In this document: one piece after another, positions 1 through 10,543 of the stretch
How positions within the stretch are numbered: the stretch's first letter is position 1
Layout: every line of letters begins with the position of its first letter
Assembly: GCA_001938525.1 (NCBI GenBank)
Contig: MQRL01597604.1
Location: forward strand, 1 to 35,186
Reading direction: 5' to 3'
DNA from: Dugesia japonica
Lineage: Eukaryota
Length of the DNA stretch: 35,186 bases
Made by a program: the position numbers and the translations under genes
The notes under the pieces: generated by a model
Database searches by the model: none
Told to the model about the DNA's origin: nothing
What the model saw: only the letters and a program-made list of their open reading frames with translations

Positions 1-290
1 ATATCCAATCCCACAATACAATCAAAAACTAAATTCTGCATTACTTGCATAGGATGCATAAATCGAACATTTCCGCACTGCATTCTACAATCCAGTTCAC
101 CCACTGCATTTACGGCTTGTCCGGTTACCGTTAGCATTTGGATTCCTTCTCTACGCATTCTAGCTTTATCTACCTCATACAACACTCGTCCATCGATGAT
201 TGATCTACACGCTCCGGTATCGATCATACAATCTATTTCTCTACCATTAATTGTCAATTTTTTTAGTATCACCCTACCACCAGGGCATTG
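1..290 (-). pseudogene. pol: Retropepsin aspartic protease (start of pol, element A)
   Basis: Manual translation, not in the ORF track: GRVILKKLTINGREIDCMIDTGACRSIIDGRVL...LTVTGQAVNAVGEL...FDCIVGLDI. It has the D-T-G-A catalytic motif and a C-terminal I-x-G-x-D motif, and resembles the PR at 35008 (RILKDLKIDGRILSALLDTGA). Confidence 0.9.
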
Positions 291-1419
291 TCATTGGCGC
301 AAGGCTTCTGGTATCCTTGTCTTTTAACTCTTCACTATCAGATATTATACTAAAATTGGTATCTTCGGGTGGCGCCGTTCCAATAATTTTGGCATCTGTT
401 ATTCCACAAGATTTCTTTTTAGCATCATGCTCTGCCAGAACTCGTCATTTGAGTTCCTCAAAGTCGTGTTGTCTGCGTATTCGTTGCAATTCATCATTTG
501 GTTAGTAAATTAACTCTCAATTCCCTGCTCCACAACTTGATTGCCATAACTGCTTCCATGCTTTACTGTTCCTCCGTACTCTCCCGTTCCCGGATCTGTA
601 CTGTCGTTCCTTTTCACTCCGATATCGGTTTAATTTTTCTCCTTTCCTAGATTGTCTTTCATCGTCACTTTGATATTTATTAGATTGTTTGTTATTCTCA
701 CAGTGTTGTGCTCCCATTTGTGGGTAACCATAACAATCAACTTCACTTTTGCCCTCGTGCTAATAGATATTATCTTTCACAATATTTCCATCTGATTGTT
801 GATTCCGATAATTCACTTGGAATACTTTCCGGTTCTTTCCATATCCGTAACTCGGTACCACTCTTTGTCTTTGTCGTTTGCCAAAAAAATCATCATCGCT
901 GTCATCACTACTACTATCTTGTCGTTTCCATGGTTTAAATACATCAAAATAGGATGTCTTCCTTGCTTTTCGCTTTCTCATGTCATCACATATTGAACGA
1001 ATTTGTTCAACTATCTGCCTATTACTTCCACCCACCTGACTCAGGTATTGTAATAACCTTCTGGTATTATGTAAGTCATTTGAATGACTATTGAGTANNN
1101 NNNNNNNNNNNNNNNNNNNNNNNNNNNNNNNNNNNNNNNNNNNNNNNACTTGGAATACTTTCCGGTTCTTTCCATATCCGTAACTCGGTACCACTCTTTG
1201 TCTTTGTCGTTTGCCAAAAAATCATCATCGCTGTCATCACTACTACTATCTTGTCGTTTCCATGGTTTAAATACATCAAAATAGGATGTCTTCCTTGCTT
1301 TTCGCTTTCTCATGTCATCACATATTGAACGAATTTGTTCAACTATCTGCCTATTACTTCCACCCACCTGACTCAGGTATTGTAATAACCTTCTGGTATT
1401 ATGTAAGTCATTTGAATGA
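291..1419 (-). pseudogene. Low-complexity charged linker between the glycoprotein tail and the protease
   Basis: ORFs 1041-1367, 760-1194 and 517-717. 1367 is in frame with glycoprotein ORF 1509-1913, and 1194 is in frame with 717. R/K/S/D-rich; product unknown. Confidence 0.45.
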
Positions 1420-1429
1420 CTATTGAGTA
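815..1429. repeat. ~283-bp near-identical direct duplication flanking an N gap (815-1097 / 1148-1429)
   Basis: The copies differ only in a poly-A length (7 vs 6), so this is probably a scaffolding overlap artefact. Confidence 0.8.
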
Positions 1430-3307
1430 CTACTCATTTAGCCCACGCTGGGAAAAATCCCATAATCATTTTCCATGACATTTTCCATGACATTTTCCTT
1501 TCCTTCTTTTATAAATCGAAACAAGCTAATAATTGTGTCAGCAACACTTTTATTATTTGTACTATAAAAATTATTCCCAATAATCCTGCCATTGCTTGTC
1601 CGAAAACTATAAATCGACCCCACATCTTCTTCATTACATTTGCTGTTGCTTGTTGAAAGTGATCTGGTGATAATAATAAATCATGATTCGGTCTCCACTC
1701 TGACGTAAATACCCCTCCAGCGACATACACAATGTTCGATAAAATTTGCATTCGTTTGACCCGAAATAACATGTGCTCTCTGGCCTTCTCCAGATCCTCC
1801 AATTTGTAGATACCACCTTCTGCTAGATTTAATGGGTTAAAAGTCTCAGTTTTATTGCTGGAAAATTTCTCACGAAGATATCTGCAGGTAGTCTCTCCAG
1901 AAAACTTATCCATTTATTGTTAGCCATTTTTAAATAAGGTCCAAATAAATTAGAACAGTTCAGTTTATTTGGTAAGAATCCTTTTGGTGATATTACTCTT
2001 GTAATAGGTTGTACATATCTTTTCTCTCCCATGTAGTTGATTTCCATCTCATTATAGCAAGTTTTCTCTCTCGATAAAATTGCTTCCACTCTCCTACATC
2101 GATAACTGAACATAACTTCGCCCACAATACGCCCAAATTGACCTTTTTCTAATGGTAACACTGGTGTTTAATTGTTGGGGTTTGTTATCGCTGTTACTAA
2201 TTTTGTCCGTAGTATTTCGCGATTTAACAAACAGTCATTATAGATCAGATCATGATACATTCGCTCCATAGATTGCTGCGCCAGGTGGAACAGGGTGTCC
2301 ACCTTATTATTCAGGTATAAATACAACTTATTATCTTGAGTCATAACTCCATCTCTCGCCTTTTCCAGTCTCCGCTTTGATACAAAGATTCTATTATAAT
2401 TCGTTTTATATGCAATTTCTCCACATTTGGCCTCGGATTTCTTACGGATTAATCTAATCATATCATTTGCATCGGTTGCTATTAATACGGTTGGTGTATC
2501 AGACCACAAGAGCGCTTCCTCCTTTGTTTTTATTTCCACATTTACTTTTCCAAAGGCTGGCATTCTCTCCTCTTTAACTGAGTAAACAATTTTCTTTCCT
2601 CGATACTCATCTAACAAAACCTCTCTAAGGAATGTCATTGTACATTCATGATGATTAACTTGATATACTAAGGTTGATTCTCCCGTATTGCAGGAATTAT
2701 CTGAGGCCAAACACATTGAATACATCTTCATCTTTTTGGTCGTTGTATCAAATTAAGCATCGAATTCCTTTAGTTCTGCTCTATAACTTTCTATGGCCAC
2801 AACTACAGTTGCATAGCCTAAAGGACTAGTGTATTTTCCTTGTACAGAAGTTCATGTTGCGTCCGAAATCGATCCTGCTGCGAATAAACGGGTTTGTACT
2901 ATTTGACCTCCTTTGGCATTAATTATCTTTCCTTCACCCACTGGTATTTTACCGGTTGTAAATCCAGATTCGCATTGTTGTCTTGTGAGGAGAACGGGTA
3001 TTACTTCCATACCTGGGGATATGACTGCCGAATAACTACTTTTCCCACACCAATATACAAATACTTGCATTGTTACTTTACATTCCCTCACCTTTGTCTT
3101 GTAATAATCAGATTCTTGGTACACAAAATAACTCATAGACTTTTGTACTACTTCCAACTTTTCTGGATTTGCTTCTGGACATTCTTCTGCATCGATTAAT
3201 GAATACACCGNNNNNNNNNNNNNNNNNNNNNNNNAATCATAAGCTCGGATTGCCGCACTTCGGCCCATTAAGAACATTAATATTAACACCATGAACATGG
3301 ATTGCAT
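1420..3307 (-). pseudogene. env: Chuvirus-like (Jingchuvirales-type) envelope glycoprotein, env-like
   Basis: Signal peptide MQSMFMVLILMFLMGRSAA, then IRAYD..VYSLIDAEECP, RECKVTMQVFVYWCGKSSYS, LTRQQCESGFTTG, GEVMFSYRCRRVEA..CYNEMEINY.GEKRYVQPITRVI..CS, TM FIVFGQAMAGLLGIIFIVQIIKVLL and a second hydrophobic segment SWKMIMGFFPAWAK. ORFs 2852-3577, 2168-2731 and 1829-2161 share a frame; there is one frameshift into 1509-1913. Confidence 0.8.
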
Positions 3308-3560
3308 ATTGCTGGTTCTTGTGCTGTGATTCGTTTCGGTTCCGTACTCATCGATATAATCTTTTAATAATTCATGAACCCGTTCATTTAATTTGTGACT
3401 TGAATTAGTTTTTGGTTTCATCTTTTCGATTATCCCATTCCACCCTCCGACAGTTACTAAGATNNNNNNNNNNNNNNNNNNNNNNNNNNNNNNTATTGGC
3501 AGGTTACTCAATTGAAATTTCATTCCTGGCCTACAACGAGCCACTGCTATTTGCGTTTGC

Positions 3561-5021
3561 TTAACCAAATATTTCAAATGCTACTAGTAATTTTGGAATT
3601 GTCGGGTGATTCGACAGTACCCCTTGTACTTCTTTTTCCATCGTTTCTCGATCCTTGAGGACTGTATGTTTTGCAACTGGTAATTTGACTATGATTGGTT
3701 CTAATATCGCTGCTAATTGTTTGCTCTCCGTTGACAAAATTGTATTTCCAATCCATAGTTTTAAATCTGGATACAGCGCTATTAATATCTGATGTACTCG
3801 CTTCTCGGTTGGTAACGTGTGTGATTCTAATTTCTCCATTATATCCGACGATAATTCGGCCATTTTTTTTATCTCTTGTTGGTTTTCGTCTGGTTGTACC
3901 ACCTGCTGTTGCTCCTTTTTGTCGACCTCTGGGTTTTTTATCCATCCACGTCTCCGCATCACGCATCACTCGTTGATGAGTTTCATTATCCGTCGTATCA
4001 TCCGTGTTATCCGTTGTCGTTTTCACTTCTTCAAACATTGCGGCAGGTGGTATTATTTCGTCTGCAATCTCGTCCAATCTAACTGATATATCGTCGTCTT
4101 CCAGATCTAGGTCCACTTGATTTGGATTAAATTTTCCTGACTTATTTAGTTTCGTTAATATTTCCGACTCTGACGTAGTCACTGGTTCCATTTGGGTTAT
4201 TTCAATCTCATCATCATCATCATCACGATCTAGAATCTGTTCGACTATTTCATCTTCTGTAGTATTTTCTGTTGTCGACTCCTTGATTGGCAATTTTCTT
4301 GGTCGTCCCCTTGATTTGACAACTACTTCATTCGTGTTATTCGATGTCATTGGTTGTACAAACGATTTTATCGATGTCTGACTTGATCCTAGTCCCGATT
4401 GCAATTTATTTTTAATCTCCTTGGCTGGTAATTTTCGTCTGATCAATCGTTTACTACCTTCCGGTTTGATGTACATTTTATTCTCTACCTTTTGTCGGAT
4501 ATCTAATGTTCCGATGATATCGTTGTTCAATAATTCCCGATTATTCAATAGTAGTACATAGGGTGGCTCGAATGATATTTTAGATTTCATCTGTTCTACT
4601 GTCTCGTACGCCAATTCGAGATTCTTGTTTAATGACCATCTGGTTCTACGGTTCTGAAGCTAAATATAAGTGGTAATACTTCATCTTGTTCGCATTTTCT
4701 CCATCTTGATATCAGTTGTTTAAATTGCTTTGGTCTCCATTTGCATTCCTCTTTACATCTGGATATTTTGTAAGTCAATGACGTCAACTCCTCAATTGAC
4801 AAATCGCTCTGCAATAATTGATCCGCTATATGCTCCCCACTGGTTTTGTTTATACTTTTCTCTTGAATTTTTGATATAAATTGATTTACCATATCGGCAG
4901 AATCTCCGCTACACTTTTTCGATTTACCAGTCATTACCACTACCATTTCTTGTGATCTACTCAACTCTTGATTTGATTTGTATTGTCGATGTAATCTCGG
5001 TCTCTGCTGTATTACCGCCAT
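3561..5021 (-). CDS. Unknown accessory region with an AT-hook (SRGRPRK, 4295-4315) and an acidic tract
   Basis: ORFs 4629-5021, 3574-4614 (346 aa) and the overlapping 3561-3962. RGRP core, DRDDDDDEIE tract. Confidence 0.5.
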
Positions 5022-5060
5022 CGTTTCTCGATTTACTAAGTCAATTTCCTCAATATGTAG

Positions 5061-5460
5061 TTACAATCCCCATGACAACTTTGGATTGATATTATCGACA
5101 TAATATCGTATTGTCTTTCTACATAAATTCTCTCTAATTGACTTAAACATATAAGGGTTTCTCTCATTCTCTCCACTTGCAAAAATATAAACATTCATCA
5201 TATGGCCTGGCCATAAACCTGATCTCTTTACTGGATACTCATCGTGATCATCTGTGATCTCTCCTCCACAATAAACTACAATATCCTCTTGTTTAGTAAT
5301 TGGTGTATTCTCTTTTCTTCTCGCTGTTTGTTTATTCAAATGTTTGATAATTTTCTTTATTAATTTTTCCCAGCTTGTCGTCGTTTTAATATCGAACTCC
5401 TTACTTCATTCATCCGGAAAATGTACTGTTACTTGCACATCTTGTTTTGATATGCTATCT
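5061..5460 (-). pseudogene. Ubiquitin/SUMO-like repeat unit 4
   Basis: VQVTVHFPDE*SKEFDIKTTTSWEKLIKKIIKHL...IVVYCGGEITDDHDEYPVKRSGLWPGHMMNVYIF fits a beta-grasp pattern. Confidence 0.55.
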
Positions 5461-5755
5461 GCATGAGTGATTGTTAACGTATGTATAAGCGTGTACAGCG
5501 CTTTTCCTCCTATCATAGACAATTGGTTTAATCTATTTATTATCTCTTGAATATTCAATTCTCTGTCATTTGACTGTAATTCTCGTAAAGGGTTAACGCC
5601 ATTTTGCCGTAGTTTGTTTCAAACTCTTCCACAATTCCCTTTCGTTTTCGACTTCGGCTATTCGTTCAATTTCTTCGTCAGTTACGATTCTCAAATATTC
5701 CATTTTATCTATTTCGTTTACATACACCTTTTACATTTTCGTTTACATACACCTT

Positions 5756-6412
5756 TTACATTCGACTAATTGATTGTAATTCAAATTTTTTCAGTTTTCC
5801 GTCATCTAATTCGAACGTTAATTCAGTAATCTCTCTTGGTCTCAATCGTAATTCGATCACATGTTGATCCCCTTTATTCAGTTTATCTCTTTGCATAATC
5901 ATGTGATCACACATAATCCGATATTTCTCAAATATTTTCTCCAAAGGTAATTTACTCAATATTGCTCGCAACTCACCTACTCGGGTGGTTTGAAATTTCT
6001 CAACTATGTTCGTCTGGATAGTCATGCACAAATTATCATCCATGGTAGCATAATAGATTTTTACCCCAAAATCCGATCCAACTGTTGTTGCTACGATCAT
6101 CTCTTGATACTCTTTAATTAATTCAGACCAGTTCCTCCGATGTTTCCATAATATATCATACTGATAATGCGCATCCCAAACTAAATTCAGCATCCTCCAA
6201 TACGTTTGTTTCGGAATTAATTCCTTCCTCTCCAATGTGATACTCACGTAAATGTTTATTGCAGCTAAGTTATGATAGTAGTCCTCATTGCTGTCCTCGT
6301 TGGAAGTAACTGATGTTTCACTCGGCGCATTCGCACTTCCGTCTCCCATATTATTTGCTTGTTTACCACTCTTTTTACCTTTATTTATTATTTTACTTGA
6401 AAATGATCTCAT
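5756..6412 (-). CDS. Repeat unit 3: helical YW-x-x-x-N module plus divergent ubiquitin-like domain
   Basis: KQTYWRMLNLVW..NWSELIKEYQEMIVATT..DF, then TTRVGELRAIL..EKYRIMCDHMIM..DQHVIELRLRPREITELTF. Confidence 0.5.
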   Translation of the reverse strand: MRSFSSKIINKGKKSGKQANNMGDGSANAPSETSVTSNEDSNEDYYHNLAAINIYVSITLERKELIPKQTYWRMLNLVWDAHYQYDILWKHRRNWSELIKEYQEMIVATTVGSDFGVKIYYATMDDNLCMTIQTNIVEKFQTTRVGELRAILSKLPLEKIFEKYRIMCDHMIMQRDKLNKGDQHVIELRLRPREITELTFELDDGKLKKFELQSISRM

Positions 6413-6499
6413 TATAAAAATTCTAGCTGGCCCTGGCTGCGTTCTCGATAACTGTTCATCATTAACTTCTGTAGTAGTTTTAATTACAACGCTCGGTAT

Positions 6500-7171
6500 T
6501 TAAAATTTTGGTAATTCACTTGACTGGATTACCAGTGGTGCCCTCTTTTCTGACAACGGCGCGATATATTTGATTTGGCCTTTATTCAACGAAATCATTA
6601 TATTTTCAGTTGTTCTAAAATAGAAATGAGGCCAAATTAGTTCGTTATATAAACGCATTCTCCGACTCTCTAACAACGTAATTACCATAGTAGTTCCAGG
6701 TTTCAGACCATATTCATAAATATGGGCATTTGCATCATTGATGCTAACTACTGACACCGGTGTACAAACAATATATTCGCCTATGAGTTTTGCCCACTCA
6801 ACATCCTCCAATGCATTGAGTAAATCTTTTACCGTCGTTCTTTTCGGTTTTAACACTCGTGGGATGTTCCACTTTGTCGCCACTGGTACTTTCTTCAAAA
6901 CCTGATCCATCGTAATGTATGCAGTTCTATCTTAATCCGGTCTCCAGGCTTCCACTGCTTTGATTTTATAATCCTCCACGGTTGTATTTTCTAATAACTC
7001 TTTCTCATACTCAGGAATTATTGGTCTCCACTTTTGATTGGTCATCGTGTCCATTTGTTCTGGCTCCGCTAATTCAACCAAATGATTCATTAATTTCCAA
7101 TAAGCCTTTCTGGTTAATTCATCTTTCAATAATTTAGCATTCTTTATGACTGTTTCTACATAATTATACAC
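6500..7171 (-). pseudogene. Repeat unit 2: helical module plus ubiquitin-like domain
   Basis: RKAYWKLMNHLVEL..KWRPIIPEYEKELLENTTVEDYKIKAVE (6932-7171) is in frame across one stop with TTVKDLLNAL..EYIVCT..NDANAHIYEYGLKPGTTMVITL (6500-6910). Confidence 0.6.
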
Positions 7172-7247
7172 TCTTGTTTTGNNNNNNNNNNNNNNNNNNN
7201 NNNNNNNNNNNNNNNNNNNNNNNNNNNNNNNNNNNNNNNNNNNNNNN

Positions 7248-7936
7248 CTCTTGTTTTTCGGGTCATTGGCTGTCTGATCTCCTTTACCACATCCGCCAGA
7301 AATCCTTGCTGTAATTTACTCATTAATTTGGTTGTAGTTGTTGACTTCGTTCGCAATAGCACTATGTATTTGTGATATTTCTTTTCAAATGATTTTACTA
7401 TTTGCTCGGTCGTTTTGAAATCCAAATAATATCACAATGGTCGTTTAATGCGATGCATTTCTACTAAATCTATTAATTTTATTGTTGTTTTACCTGGCCA
7501 GACTCCNNNNNNNNNNNNNNNNNNNNNNNNNNNNNNNNNNNNNNNNNNNNNNNNNNCTTTCAATAATTTAGCATTCTTTATGACTGTTTCTACATAATTA
7601 TACACTCTTGTTTTGATCGCGCTGGATCGCTTTTGGTTATCATACTGATTTGAGCCATGGTATTTTCTGTTTTCGATGCTCCTCTTGTTTTTCGGGTCAT
7701 TGGCTGTCTGATCTCCTTTACCACATCCGCCAGAAATCCTTGCTGTAATTTACTCATTAATTTGGTTGTAGTTGTTGACTTCGTTCGCAATAGCACTATG
7801 TATTTGTGATATTTCTTTTCAAATGATTTTACTATTTGCTCGGTCGTTTTGAAATCCAAATAATATCACAATGGTCGTTTAATGCGATGCATTTCTACTA
7901 AATCTATTAATTTTATTGTTGTTTTACCTGGCCAGA
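7248..7936. repeat. Identical duplicated blocks between N gaps (7248-7506 repeats ~7681-7940; ~7123-7181 repeats ~7557-7615)
   Basis: Identical ORF translations at 7156-7425 and 7590-7859 bounded by Ns; likely an assembly artefact. Confidence 0.75.
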
Positions 7937-8520
7937 CTCCATATTTCGATATAAGTGCTTTGCATAATCTTGTTCTATCACTCTGTTTCGAGAACACAAA
8001 ACATACTCTCTGATCGGCTTTGGCCATGCCAGCTCATTTACTGCTTGTAATAATCCACTCACAGTAGTATCCTTCAACACAATTTTCCTAGTATCTCTTG
8101 ATATTTTAATTCGGTTGAATCTTCTTCTAGGGCTGGCTCGTAAGCATTAATACTATAATCATCTGGTTTCGTGTGACTACGAATTTCCTATTCATATTCT
8201 TGCGCCTGAGAAAATCACACTTCACTGGTGTACACATCTAATTCACTGGACTCCATTAACTCCAACATATGGTTCATCATCGCCCAGTATGCTTCTCGGT
8301 AGACTACTGCCTTGAATGTTTGAATCATTGTAACTTTATCCTCCACCTGTCTTGTTATCACTGCTCTTTTTGCTGTTAATTTTGCTGATAGTTCTACCTC
8401 CATTGGCTGAGCTCTCATCATATTTATTCGTCCTTGATTATTCTCTTGCTTTTGCATTCTCTCTCTAGCCACTTGCTGCTCCTCCAATTGTAATTGTAAA
8501 TATTCCTGCTCTTGTTTCAC
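7590..8520 (-). pseudogene. Repeat unit 1: helical module plus ubiquitin-like domain (frameshifted)
   Basis: REAYWAMMNHMLEL..V*FSQAQEYE*EIRSHTKPDDYSINAYE; DTTVSGLLQAVNELAWPKPIREYVLCSRNRVIEQD / LISKYGVWPGKTTIKL..PL*YYLDFKTTEQIVKSF. It aligns by eye with unit 2. Confidence 0.6.
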
Positions 8521-8757
8521 TTGTCAAATACTCGCTGCTCTGTTTCATCTTACCGTCGCTTATCTTGTTGCATTAGATTCACTTGTTGTTGATTTTGGTT
8601 TCGATTATTTTAAATCTGGTCCCTTAATCTATCATTTTCGTCCATTATTTTCCCAATGGCCTGGTTGTTTCTTGATTTATTATTGAAGTTTGTATTAGAA
8701 TTCCCTTAGCCCGATCTTTGACTATTCTGGAAACAATTCTTACTGGTGTGACCAGGT

Positions 8758-10060
8758 TTATTGCATTGGTGATTTTGTGATAAAGCAATTTTCCGATTTA
8801 TGCCCTGGTTTCTGGCAATTTGTACAGATCATTGCCGATCTGCAATCTCTGGCATAATGACTGAGTTTACCACAGTTATAACAGGTAATTCCCTGGGGTT
8901 GCTGCCACGATCCTTGTCTATTTCCTCCATTTGATCTCGAATTATTATTTGATTGTCGCGGTGGAGGTCTATTCTGACCAGGTGACAGCCCTCTCAATAA
9001 TGGTTGCGTTCTGGCAGGTAAAAAATCTGCAATTTTCGGTTCGCTTTTCTCTTCCTCTTTTTGCTCTTCAATTTTAAAAACACTTGCTTGTTTTTGATTC
9101 ATTTCCACCTTATGGGCTACCATTGCCGCATTTATCGCCATATCTACCGTCGTTGGCTGAGATAGATTTACCCATTTTTTTACTTCTGCATTTCTAAGCC
9201 CTTTAATAAAAATACCGAGCACCGTTGGATCATCCAACTTATCTTTCATCGCCACTTTCCCGAGTTTACGTAATTCTGTTGCGTATGCCTGAAAGGTTTC
9301 ATCTCTTAGTTGTCTTCAACCAATGAACACTTGAATTTCTTGTCCTTGCAACATTAATAGCTTGAAGGTTTCTAATAATACTTCCTTCGCCTTTTCCCAT
9401 GGATCAACGGGTTCTTTACTACAACTTATTTTATCCCAATAAATAGTTTTAGCTGAATCCTTCAAATATAAAGGTAATCAATCGGCGCCTCTCTTGTCAC
9501 TCCATTGACACGCTTGTATATGTATCCATAGGCTGCAATAAAATCATTTAATTTCTCCGGTTGTCCGTTAAAATAATCTCCATTAAACTCTGCTTTCTAT
9601 TCCGAACTCCGTTTTGATTTCTGTCCACTTGTACTCTTGTCATCATCTGACAATTTCGAATTCTCCTCGTTGTCTTTTTCTTTACCGGTGGTTGACATGG
9701 TATCAGTATTACTTGTTTCCAAACTTGATTCCGAGTACTGTCGAATTCTACTTGACGCTCGGGTTGTAGGTACACTATCACTAGCTGATTTAGATTCGTA
9801 TAAACTTTCTAGATCAAGGTCTTCTACCAAATTGGCTCTTGAAGGATTTGATTCGGTTATGGTATCAAATTCTCCTTGTACGTCGTCGTTAGACGGGAAC
9901 GAATTGGGTGATTTGGATGCTGAAATTGATAGAGATTGGTTGAATTGTCGAGACACTCTGCTGTAGGAGACCGATTGCTTTATTTTGGCTGGATTGGGTC
10001 GTTTAATTACAAATGATCTTCTATGTTCTGTACTCCCTCTAAAATTATATCCGGATTCCT
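8758..10060 (-). pseudogene. gag: gag of element A: Ser/acidic N-terminal region, capsid-like domain, two zinc knuckles
   Basis: YFNGQPEKLNDFI, LPLYLKDSAK, WEKAKEVLLETF, RQLRDETFQAYATELRKL, FIKGL; CYNCGKLSHYARDC and CTNCQKPGHKSENC. Confidence 0.88.
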
Positions 10061-10543
10061 GATTATCTAAGATTGTTTATTTGGTTGATTCTCAGATTGA
10101 TTGGTTTATCGAATTTTGGAATATTGGAATGTTGATCGTTTTGGTTTTCTGAAAATCAAATAATATTGCCCTACGGCATCTGCATGCATTCAAATATTAT
10201 TATCGCATTCATTAATTGACTACTTTTAACTACTTTTATCTACTGATTGATACTTCTTATTACTAATAACTACACTACGATACATTATCATACTTGATTT
10301 CTATTATTTTAGCAGCGTATTTACGTAATTTACTTTTATTACTCAATCATTTATTATACATAAGCAGCAATTTTAGTCGATTGTGTCAACTGAACTCCCC
10401 ACTTCAATATTTATTGTTCTGGGACAGCTCCANTCAGATTAGTGATTCCAATTATAATTTATATAGTTTACAACTTACAATATTCCCATACTAATTTGTC
10501 TGGGCATTTTCAGATGTGTCTTCGACACATTACTCCACTAAAC

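Noticed and set aside
815-1429. Tandem duplication in the env-PR linker as a biological repeat
   Set aside because: The copies are near-identical and directly flank an N gap, the typical signature of an unmerged contig overlap.
5713-5762. 25-bp tandem duplication (ttcgtttacatacaccttttacatt)
   Set aside because: A local slippage that breaks the frame; it is a decay lesion, not a functional feature.
7123-7940. Extra (fifth) repeat unit suggested by the duplicate MDFKTTEQ ORFs
   Set aside because: Identical sequence bounded by N runs indicates an assembly artefact; it was not counted among the diverged units.
1-10060. Alternative genetic code (TGA=Trp) explaining the many stops
   Set aside because: Some TGAs align with Trp, but others fit Arg or Cys. 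TAA/TAG stops and frameshifts also occur, and TGG is used normally, so this is ordinary decay.
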